Source of the DNA: an uncultured Methanosarcinaceae archaeon
GTDB taxonomy: Archaea; Halobacteriota; Methanosarcinia; Methanosarcinales; Methanosarcinaceae
Direction: 5' to 3'
Length of the DNA stretch: 64,000 nt
NCBI GenBank assembly: GCA_963833425.1
Contig: CAWHXP010000020.1
Location: 1-64,000, forward strand
Below the pieces are notes generated by a model. It worked only from the letters and a program-made list of their open reading frames with translations. It was not told the DNA's origin and did not search any database. Both the position numbers and the translations under genes were made by a program. Positions 54,136-64,000 of the stretch are shown one piece after another; position 1 is the stretch's first letter, and every line of letters begins with the position of its first letter.

Positions 54136-54465
54136 TTATCCTTTCAGGTACCCTTTTCTCTCAAGCCATTCTACCTGTGGCCTTGTGTACTTCCAGATTA
54201 CGTCTGCCTTTTCATTCTGAAATTCCCAGGGCACAATGATGACAACATCCCCTTCTCTGATCCATGTTTTTTTTTTCATTGAACCAGGGATTCTGCCCAT
54301 ACGTACGATCCCATCAATGCAACGAAGTCTCAATCGATTTGCGCCAAGAAGACTTTCGACTGTAGCTAGAATTTCATTATTGTCTCTACGCGGTGTGCGT
54401 ACCCTTGTAACTGTCTCTTCCATTTCAGACTTGGTTTTGGACGTAGGTTTCTTTAAGTCTGCCAG
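54136..54465 (-). CDS. eif1a: Translation initiation factor aIF-1A (probable CTG start at 54465; ATG alternative at 54423)
   Basis: [33 protein letters not shown] lies 6 nt before an in-frame CTG. Confidence 0.92.
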   Translation of the reverse strand: MADLKKPTSKTKSEMEETVTRVRTPRRDNNEILATVESLLGANRLRLRCIDGIVRMGRIPGSMKKKTWIREGDVVIIVPWEFQNEKADVIWKYTRPQVEWLERKGYLKG

Positions 54466-56613
54466 TGTGATACCTCGTTATCTATAGTTGATTATGTGCT
54501 ATAACTATTTAGCCGGTGGGGAAAAAATATCAATGACCATCTTTACTAAGATTCATTGAACAAAATTATATAAGCATATTTTCTTCAACTATCGGCTATA
54601 GATCCTTTTTATTTTTCTGTCAATTTATCTCCAGAAATATCTATTGAGTCAAAATAGATATCAATTAGCTGATTTTTGGTATACTGATTAATTTCGTTGT
54701 ACTTTTTATTTTTAGACCCTGAGTATTAATATATCTTTTTTCGAGCTTTAAGGTTATTTGTTCCGCAGCTTTCAATTTAATATAATTAGTTTAATTTTAC
54801 GAATTTCGTTCTTCCTTTAATAATATCTTATTGTTATTTTTTCATTATTTTGCCTCGAGACGATAACTATATATATTAAATTTGACGTTGTATTGCCTAG
54901 TGCGTAAAATAAGTGGAAATAGATCTGAAATGATAAATTCAAGTATGAAATTAGGTGATTATCTGAAGCAAATTTTCGTGTAATGTAGGTATTCATTTTT
55001 ATTATGCTATATAAATATATTACATATAATTCATTGGAGATCAGTTACCATTCGGTGGCTTCTTACCATAACATTTCGATCATGGTTATATAACTGGGAT
55101 CTTCTCTTGCCTGAAAAAATTTGTGCTTATAAATATAATATGCACGAGTTGTACTCTGTTCCTTATTAATTGGTAATTACTACTTATTAAAAATAGATCC
55201 TTGAGTTTTTCCCGCTTGATGAAAATTTTGTCATTTCAGATAATCCTAACTTGTAGGTATTTTTCATAAAAATTTCATCTTAAAATTGAAAATAACTGAA
55301 TTGATATTGGTTTGTGCAAGTTTACGTGACCAAGAGCCTTGAGTATGCTATACGCAATCAAAATTTCGGTGGCTCACACATTTGTAAGCAAATGATTGTG
55401 TCCCCCCTCGCTATGGATATAAAGAAATTATTCAAAATCAGATGTTTTAATGTGCTAAATGCTTTTTTCTTCTGTTTTCCTAATATTCATGACCTTTTTT
55501 AATTAAGTAGGAAGTTGTACCACCCCCAACAATTTCAATTTAGTTCTCATCAATTCGTAGTTCATCATCTTCCAAATGTTTTTTAATATTAGAGCACTCA
55601 CTAAATATTTGTTTTTCTGTGATATTCTTTGATCTTTACCACTCTTAAAAGAGAATATTTTGGTTCACTGCCAACTAAGAGATGTACATTATCACCACCA
55701 TTATAAATATAGATCAAAATCAAAACATACCATACACCAATTTCAAAGCATATATATTCAAATAGCTGATAATGTCATTGTCTAAAAAAAATCACTGTAC
55801 TTTATATAAAAAATGATTTGGTGTCTTATTTTATAGGTACAATAATTTGCATGAGGTAGTTCCATTGCATGGTTCGAATATATCGTAAAATATGAATAAT
55901 AAATCAATAAAGGTTCTTAAAAAAATTTTCATCCAAACAACGAGCTACAGGGTATTATAATTAGGTAAATATTGGATACTATATTTCTATTCTTCTAACT
56001 ATGTTAAGTCTCTCTTTAATTTAACTGGAAAAGGGACCTACCTCTGTTGAGTATATATTCAAAACTTTGAAAATTTAGGTCGCATTCTCCAATTCCTTTT
56101 CCCTAGGAACCACATATTGTGCATTAACAAAAACAGAAATATTAAAAATTACATCTTCAGAAAAATTCAAACTTCTATTTCCAAGTTTGATCAATAATTG
56201 AGGATCTTCACCTTAGAACTCATTCAGTGGTACATAAAAGAATGTAATAACTTCTGCTATTAAATTGTCAATTATTAGAGAAACTTTTGATTTATCATGG
56301 TCAACTGGAGGAGTAATTGATAGTAAAATTTGAAGATACTAATAAAATTCCAAAAAATATAGAACAATTTATTAAATTCTTATTTTTGCTTCTACTCTCT
56401 CTTTGATATGTGTATTTATATTTTGAATTCTTTTTATTCCATATAATTTTTCCTGATGCACAATCTTTGAAGCTCGTTTAATTACCTGGATACTGGCAAA
56501 ACGCTGATCTAATTGGATCATCCTTTGGAGTGTAGAAGATGTGTTAGTAGAAATAGAATCAGATATCAAACTCGATAAGCTTGATATAAAGACTAAAGAC
56601 AAGGAGAAGTAAT

Positions 56614-56847
56614 ATGGTCTGTCCTGTGTGTGCAGTCGGAGGAATTGCGTATGTTGCCAGTAGGATCTTTGGGTTTCCTGATGTAGTTGTTGCTTTTGTG
56701 ACCGGAATGCTGGCGACTTCTATGGCATATTGGGGAAATCACATTATGTCGAAAAAATGGAAGAAAATAAAAGGTCAACTTGTAGCAATCAATATCTTAT
56801 CAGGGATTATATGTTTATATTCACTTAAATTAATTGGATTGTGGTAA
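56614..56847 (+). CDS. Small membrane protein with N-terminal CPVC
   Basis: 77 aa, hydrophobic segments, RBS AGGAG. Confidence 0.6.
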   Translation: MVCPVCAVGGIAYVASRIFGFPDVVVAFVTGMLATSMAYWGNHIMSKKWKKIKGQLVAINILSGIICLYSLKLIGLW

Positions 56848-58339
56848 ACGTAAAGAACTTCTTTCCACAAAAAAGAATTGGAACTTCGAATTTATTCTAA
56901 AGCAAATTTCAGTCGCAATTATTAAGAGCCTTTATGAGTGGATATCATTGGTAAGAGATTTTAGGCCTCCAATACTCAACTGCATAGGAATTTATCAAAA
57001 TCCTCTCATAAAATATCAACAATATCACGAATTAACTGTAAATTAAAAGTTAAATTTTTACGCATTGTAATAATGTTATTCTTACGATAATGAATTTTCT
57101 TTCCAATAGCCTCCTGAGATTTATGAGTTCACAGGAATTTCTCCAGTGAATCCTAGCATTTTTAGAGTATGTTTAAATGCCAATGAAATAGAAGTATGAT
57201 CCTTAAGTGGAGGAATAACAATTATAAATTAAATCTATTTATCTAGGGTAAACATTCTACTGTCAATCTCTAATCGGAAAAATATTTTCCCAGTTTTGTA
57301 ACAAAATTTCATAACTATTCAGCCGGAGTAAAATAGCATTGTAGCCATCTTATTTAAAATTTGATGCAATTTTGTTCTAACAAATTTTCTTCAATTGATG
57401 ACTGTTGATTTGTTTTTCAGTTTCGCATTAGTTGAAAATTACACAGTTTGACAACTAAAAAAACAGAATTAATAAACGGATTTTGTGTAGATGAATATTT
57501 ACTGGATTTTATTTTTTTGCTTTACCATACATATTTATATCAAACTTTGGGAATTGTATTTTTCCCCTTTGTTTAGAAGGAATTGCAGGTTGCAGCTAGC
57601 TGAATTAATGATTTATTTTGTAATCCTATAATATATTCTCAAAACTTCAAATTTCGCTTCTTAAGCTTTTTCATAATCCATTCTACAAAAACACTATACC
57701 TACGAAATTGGCTGTGTTAACATTATTTGACTTCGTTTGGAAATTTGAAGAAGCTGATTATTTTCATAATGCAGAGTGAACTTTTGGAACACTTATGATC
57801 TTTATTTTATGCCGGCTGCTGCGAGGTCTTGAGCGGATCTGTAAAGGGAGTGTAGGCTTCCCGGTAAAAAAGCCTATAGATTCGGAGTTAAGGTGATCTG
57901 TAGTATTTTTTTCGGCATTTTAAACTCTGAATAATGTATTATATGCGCAAAGTAACACAATTTCAAAAGTTCATCAATACGTTGATGGCTATAAGATCCA
58001 ATCGTAGTAATGTAAATTTTCCAAATTCCTCTATCAAGTTCCCTTCTCCCAGTTTCAATACTTGTATTGAAAAAAGAAAGCCTCAATGTCCAGGCAAGAT
58101 CCGAAAAAGTGAACTTCAACATAAATCCAAAGCAAAAGCAGGAAGAAACCGAGAGGATTAGGCAGGACATTCTTGCAAAACTTACGAGACCTGAAACGAT
58201 ACAGGGAATCCCATACTTAACATCGCAAATGGCAGAGAAGATCGAGAGCATCCCATCCAAGATTATTCTAACATTGCATTTTTTATGGTCAACTGTTCAA
58301 AAAAACCTGTTTTTTTGTTTAAAAATTTAGGCCAGATAT

Positions 58340-58475
58340 CGCAACAAAGAAAATGTCAGAAATACCGGATTCGGTTTTGCTTGAGAAAATTAAGGCTGAA
58401 AAAGAGAAGGTGAAGAATGAAGGAATAATTTAAAAAAATCGAAACTTCTACCTTCAATTGATCCTAAAGAAGTAG
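58340..58475 (+). pseudogene. Type I restriction specificity subunit (HsdS)-like fragment
   Basis: SVLLEKIKAEKEK..EGII resembles the HsdS helical linker; surroundings degraded. Confidence 0.4.
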
Positions 58476-58674
58476 GTCAGATATAACACAGCTCATAAAA
58501 ATATTTCTATTAGCAAGAAGACTGCTTCGCGCTCCTAAAACTCCAAACCAGACCGTACAACTTGGCGCAAGAATGGTATGCTTACCAACATTTCCCGCCA
58601 CCATAGTTATATTTGGTCCAATAACGACTCCATCTCCAGTAGTTAACCCTATTTAGTTGCTGTAGGATCTATTT

Positions 58675-59112
58675 ACAATTTAGAAAAATCAAATTGGATA
58701 ATTCCCATAGCTATTATTACTATGACTATGGTGATGACTATGACTCCATAAAATATGATTAATGTCTTCGAAAAGCAGTCCTTGCCCAGCTTTGCACATT
58801 ACTTTTGTAAGGACTGGTATCTAATGAAAACGGATATTTAGACTATATTTCGTCTCTTGTCTTTTTTCGGATATCATTGTACAAAGCTCTAAAAAGCCTT
58901 TTCTGCCATAAGTAGTAAGCATCCAAAATCCAGAAAGCCATAAAAGGAAAAAATGTCAGATTTACGAATCTTGGACTTGAGTTTTGAGCTGCAAGAGCGA
59001 AAAGAGCAGCTACTATTTTGACTGTCCAGCCTTTTAACAAAAAAGAATTATTTGCCATCCTAACAACGCTCTGAATGAACTCTAGATGTTTTACTGGATC
59101 TTCTTCTACCAT
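58675..59112 (-). pseudogene. Conserved membrane protein (HLEFIQ..RMANNSF..KGW..DAYYL type), disrupted
   Basis: ORF 58843-59112 continues past an in-frame TAG (SKYPFSLDT) and, after a shift, into a final TM helix (KTLIIFYGVIV). Confidence 0.6.
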
Positions 59113-59574
59113 AAAAGTCCTTATTTACATTATTTATCTCTAGTAATACCTATCAGTATCTCATAAAACTAATTGAATTGATTAGCTTTCAAGGAAATAT
59201 CAACCTCGATAAACATTACTCATAATTAAAAAATTAGGTTCTTGAAATTATTCGTATTACAGTTTGAATGTACTCCGAAAATCCAATAGACATTTGGATA
59301 TTGGTCTTATAAGAATACATTTAGATGATAACTATAAATATCAATTATTAGAGAATTTTTCGTTTAGTCTATCTCCCTATTGAAGCTTAATTGACCTAAA
59401 GGGAGAAATTATTGGAAAAAGCTGCAATGAGATATCTAGTTTCTAATTCAGGTTTTAGCTCTGGGTCGTGTCCATTAATTTTTAACACATTTTAACTAAT
59501 CTGTAAAAATTTATAATTTTTCTTAATCTTATCGGCAAATAGAAAATTAAACAAAAAACAAGGTAATAGAAAAT

Positions 59575-60420
59575 ATGAATTACATAATCGCCTCAAAAGA
59601 AGCAGATAAGCAAATAATGGATCAGCTTATTCAACTCTTAGAGGAAGCTGGATTTTACGTTTATAGTGATCGCAAGAAACTTAAAGATGGAGATTGTTGG
59701 CGAAATAAGATCTACTCAGCTATTTGTTCTTGTCATGCAGCGGTTGTCCTGGTTACTCAGGAGGCCCTTGATAATGCGAAATATCCATGGGTATTTAAGG
59801 AATGTTCCATGTTTACAATGTTGAAATATGCAAACAGCCAGTTTCCGATCATTCCTATTACAATGACTGGAGTAACAATTGAGGATATCGATAAATCTTC
59901 CTTCAAAGCACTCCAGCTTAACGAGATTATGGCAGGGTCCTACGAAGACCTCAAGACTGTGATGGACATAATTAAAAGCAAGCTAGGTGAACCAGAATGC
60001 TCAGATGGCCCTCTTTATTATCTTCACAACCTTATTGCAAATATTTCTATTTTGAGTGATAAAACAGAAGACGACTATCTGGACTTCCTTTGTGCCATTT
60101 CAGGGGATCTAAGCCTGCTTCCGCCGCGTATTCAGGAGGCATTTACAGACACATCTCTTCTTTTTTTAGGCCACAGGATAGCTGATTGGGATTTCCGTGT
60201 TTTTTCTGGATTCTTGCTGAATACTTAAAAATAAGTAGTCATAAAAAACACTATTCTGTGCAAATCGTGCCAAGGAATTTTTCTGAGGCCCAAAAAAAAA
60301 GCTCATGTATATCTGGATCACTATTTTACGGAGCTTGATATCCACGTATACTGACACGATTGCCGTGAATTTGCCGCAAAATTCGTAACACGATGGGAGG
60401 CTTTCAATAGTGGCACCTAA
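59575..60420 (+). pseudogene. TIR-domain N-terminus joined to a SIR2-like C-terminal segment, decayed tail
   Basis: LEEAGFYVYSDR..L.DGD.W..I..AI..C.AAVVL..WVFKE (TIR); TEDDYLDFL..LPPRIQ..SLLFLG..DWDFR (SIR2-like); remnant to RWEAFNSGT* at 60420. Confidence 0.7.
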
Positions 60421-61960
60421 GTTCCAGGCTTACGTGGTCCCTCGACCCTTTGAAGAGAAACACAATATCATTTTTTTTCTGAAGATACCGTGAAGCTCAA
60501 GATCTCCGGTCCTTAGTCATTGCGCATTGTTTGGTTCTCGTCTATGCCCAGTCGGGTGCAGGTAAGACTTCACTTATCAATGCAGGGCTTATTTCTCTCC
60601 TGAAGGAAAAAGGGTTTGAAGTTCTCCCTGTGGCGAGAGTTAAAGGTACACTTTTTGAAAATATAAAAACGGACTCGATATCAAACATATACGTCTTTAA
60701 TACTCTCACAAGCTGGGCTGAAGGTGAGTATGATGTTGAGCGCCTGGCTAAAATGAAATTTGTTGATTTTTTGGGTGCACGAGAGCATACGCTGGATGAA
60801 GATAGTATGCCTTACGCCGTGTAGTCATCTTCGATCAGTTTGAGGAAATATTCACTTCGTATCAAGACCGCTGGAAAGATAGAGAGGGATTTTTTGAGCA
60901 ATTAAGCACTGGTCTGGAAGCAGATCCCCTTGTAAGAATAATTTTTGTCATGCGGGAGGATTTTATAGCTCAGCTAGACCCTTATGCAGAGGTTCTACCA
61001 GAAAGATTGCGGGCGCGTTTTCACTGGAACATCTGCGCAGTGAGGCTGCTCTGCAGGCAATCAAAAGGCCATTGATAGGTAGTACTCGCTCTTTTGTAGA
61101 AGGCCTAGCAGAAAAACTTGTTGACGATTTGCTGAAAAGTCGAGTTAAGACAACGCCAGGCAAGACCGCTGAAATAAAAGGAGAGTTCATAGAGGCTTTG
61201 CAACTTCAGGTGGTATGTCAGGATCTCTGGCGGGAGTTACCGCCGGATGAAAAACAAATCACTTTTCAGCACCTGGAAAAATATGACAATGTAGAAAAGA
61301 TACTTTACAGTTTTTACGACGAAGCTATAAAGGCTGCGGCAGAGAAGGCACACATTGATGAGAAGGGCCTTCGCACATTGTGCGGTGAAGTGTTGATCAC
61401 GGAGATGGGAACACTAGGACGGTGTACCGGGCTCCAGAGTACACGGGTGATATTCTCAATGTACCCATTGACGTGATTAAAAGCATGCACCTTATTAGAG
61501 CAGAGTGGCGGGCAGGTACACGCTGGTATGAACTGACACACGACAGGTTTATAGAACCGATACTAGCTTCTAACAAGGTTTTTAATGATGAATTGGTAGA
61601 GAATAAACCGCTAGAGAAAGAATTGGCAGAAAAAGAAAGAAGTAGAAACCGCATTATTAAAGGTTTTGTGGTCTTTTATATTACTATTTTAAATTTAATT
61701 ATTTTTATTCTAGTAGGATTTATAGCTTATCACTAGTATCAGCACGAGGAACAGACGAACCATAATTATTTGGTGAATAACGTTGTGTTCAGTCATAATG
61801 GAAAAATATGTCGCTATAGCGAGTGCTGACAATGCTGCTAAGTTGTGGATGTTTATCAGTACAGAAGATCTTATTAAAGAAACCAGCAATCATTTAACCC
61901 AGAATCTTACACCAGAGGAATGAAAAAAGTAGATTGGTGATGAGCCTTATCACAAAAAGT
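60410..61960 (+). pseudogene. nSTAND1-like NTPase with TM helix and WD40 remnants, multiply frameshifted
   Basis: YVVPRPFEE, AQSGAGKTSLINAG, FDQFEEIF, LQLQVVC..LW, YELTHDR, VNNVVFSHNGK..ASADNAAKLW, NLTPEE. Confidence 0.75.
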
Positions 61961-61963
61961 TAG

Positions 61964-62114
61964 TGCGAGGGGGGTGAAATTCGAACCTACGAATATTTTG
62001 TAAAAGTATCTTAAGTCTGACTTATCCTTTCGCTTTGAGTTACTTATTATTTTATTTAGTCATGTATATTGGATCTTAAGTCTGCAGCCTTTGACTGTGT
62101 TGGGCAACCCTCAC
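61964..62114 (-). pseudogene. Degenerate tRNA-Leu(UAA) with duplicated anticodon region
   Basis: 5' GTGAGGGTTGCCCA..GTCAAAGGC..GACTTAAGATC; 3' TTCGTAGGTTCGAATTTCACCCCCCTCGCA; CAGACTTAAGAT repeated 65 bp apart. Confidence 0.7.
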
Positions 62115-63250
62115 ATATTAAAGGACATATTTAAGAATGTTAGGAGAGCCAACCTATAACACAAGAACAGGCTTTAAGAGAAGATCAACATTTATTTTAG
62201 TTTATTGAATCCATAGTTTTACCTTATTGCAATTGAGTAAACGGCTGTAGTCACCTTTAATACCGCCTTCCCATATACAGATTTGAACCTGGTTTTGGTT
62301 CAAATCCTTTATGCGCTTTTACCCAGTTTTTACCGTCCAGTTTTTTATCATGTAACATTTTCATAGTGTATGCTATAGCATCAATTCTTCAAAAGTATCT
62401 ACATCGTTATACCCGCCCCCAGTATTCCATATCATGTTATGTACCTCTTTAACCAGGTTGCGTATGATTCTAATAAACTAATAAATGCTTCATACTCAGA
62501 TATATTCAATACTTATAAAGAAATCTATACAGTTCTATAGTAGTTGATCTTGTCTCGGAAGCCAGGTACACTGCTTACATATTTTGTATGATGCCAATAC
62601 CATGTGCCTGCGTCTCCGTCAGTGGTGTCGTAAACATAATCTCCATTTTCATACTTCCATATATTTTGAATTTCCTTAGCAAGCGAAAAATTTCAAATAT
62701 ACTTTTCTGATGTATCCATTTCAACCATTTCAGAATACAATCTCAGCTCAAAGTCGTAAGGCACATCCGAGCTAGCTGAAAAGATTCACCTGCTTCTCAT
62801 GAAAGTCCTGCAAAAAGAAATGCGGATAAACACATTAAAAAATAATTATTCATCAAGATATCGACTGGAAGTATACATAATCTCAACTTTAAGGATTATC
62901 AAAATTTGTGGAATGGGGAAAATCTCCCCACTAAGACGTGACGAGATGACAGGGCCAAACAGATACTCTCTGTCCGGGTTTGTTTCTGAACAATCGATAT
63001 TGGTATCAATACTGTATAGATTTAATTACAAAGCTTAAAAACTCTCGTCGAGAAAAAGTATATTCTTCACCAATGATGAAAAATTGAAGATTCAAAAAAC
63101 TTTCTAAAATAGAATACATACGCAAAAAGATTTATGTACCCAAAATAGTATATATGAGCCTGCATACGAGCTACATTTTTGTGATCAGTTAGGCTACAAT
63201 TGCAAAATAAATGCAGGAGCACTGCCATTATAATTGGAAGGTCACAGCAA

Positions 63251-64000
63251 ATGCATGAAGATTTAGAAACAATAATTAAAAAAGGATTCTACAGTTGGAT
63301 TAGAAATTTAAACATCTGCATTCCATTCGTCCTCAACTTTTTTGTCGATTTGATTCTTTTAATCCTATTTTTAGTATTATTGAGTATTTTGCTTTTTGCC
63401 TCAAATACAGGAAATGTAGTTGACCCTACTGCCCTTTCCCAAAAGGAGATTCTTTCCACATTATGGAAAGGATTTACGAAAAATATTATATTGTCTATAC
63501 TTTTAATTCTTTCATTTTTCCTTTTTGAGATGTTCATACAGTCCTTTTTCACGGCAGGTGCAATAGCGATGGCTAAGAAGGCATCTGAGACTGGAGATAC
63601 TACCCTCTCCGACATGTTCATCGCAGGTTCGAGAAATGCTTTCAGTTTTTTTTTGACAAATTTGTTAATAACCCTTCTGGAGGTGGGAGGAATCATATTT
63701 ATGGTACCTGGAGTCCTCATAGTAGGAGATTTAAGTACGCTGATCGAAAATCCAATCGCTCAGATGCAGGGAATGGGAATAATTGCTGCAAGCTTAACTT
63801 TATTGGGAACATATCTAATAGCCATAAGTATAGTGTTTTCACCTACCTTATATGCCCTTGTAATCGATGAACTTGACACTTTTGAAGCTTTAGGCACAGG
63901 TTTTCACTTCTTTATGGAGAATAAAATGGATGTTTTCTTAATCTGGATAATCTTTACAGTGTTGGCTTTTATCAACGTTCTTGTAAGTGAGTATACTGAT
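63251..64000 (+). CDS. Multi-pass membrane protein, runs off window end (not in ORF track)
   Basis: Manual translation MHEDLETIIKKGFYSWIRNLNICIPF... is open to 64000; RBS AGGT. Confidence 0.8.
   Translation, partial: MHEDLETIIKKGFYSWIRNLNICIPFVLNFFVDLILLILFLVLLSILLFASNTGNVVDPTALSQKEILSTLWKGFTKNIILSILLILSFFLFEMFIQSFFTAGAIAMAKKASETGDTTLSDMFIAGSRNAFSFFLTNLLITLLEVGGIIFMVPGVLIVGDLSTLIENPIAQMQGMGIIAASLTLLGTYLIAISIVFSPTLYALVIDELDTFEALGTGFHFFMENKMDVFLIWIIFTVLAFINVLVSEYTD

Noticed and set aside
58843..58845. Pyrrolysine read-through of an in-frame TAG
   Set aside because: The frame continues but a further frameshift follows within ~25 codons, so ordinary decay is simpler.
61964..62114. Functional intron-containing tRNA-Leu
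   Set aside because: Removing the 65-bp insert does not restore the anticodon stem, the T-stem has mismatches and no bulge-helix-bulge is evident.
62230..63000. Degraded minus-strand coding remnant
   Set aside because: Looks coding-derived but is too broken to assign a product; the same applies to ~40950-41700 and ~55500-56550.
63289..63720. 143-aa minus-strand ORF
   Set aside because: Shadow of the plus-strand membrane protein starting at 63251.

Overview
AT-rich archaeal DNA whose gene content and promoter style point to a Methanosarcina-like methanogen (inferred from recognised protein families, no database search). Three zones. (1) ~1-32 kb: a partly decayed stress/phosphate accessory region with pentapeptide-repeat genes, GH130, a CYTH-CHAD pseudogene, broken pstS/pstC/phoU plus intact pstB, pdaD, TnpB, HAD, ArsC, Lpd-like oxidoreductase, Hsp20, bacterioferritin, MgtE-N and many IS/MITE relics. 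(2) ~32.3-40.8 kb: an integrated capsid-less element with a tyrosine integrase, divergent regulators, a frameshifted primase-polymerase/helicase gene and an inverted-iteron origin candidate. (3) ~42-64 kb: mostly intact housekeeping genes (SAMP/MoaD, amt, glycosyltransferase, XPD/Rad3, pyrC, KH-Rio1-aIF1A), then a decayed TIR/SIR2-nSTAND-WD40 island beside a broken tRNA-Leu. The main unexplained signal is a dispersed, partly tandem family of non-coding units seen only in the first 30 kb. Each has a conserved ~90-bp promoter module (upstream box, CTAATTAG/CTATTTAG pair, BRE, TATA) followed ~30 bp later by a ~80-nt two-hairpin RNA with compensatory base changes and a T-tract. I count 9 RNA cores and about 10 promoter copies, occurring as free-standing arrays, as 5' leaders of genes, and as promoter-only copies.
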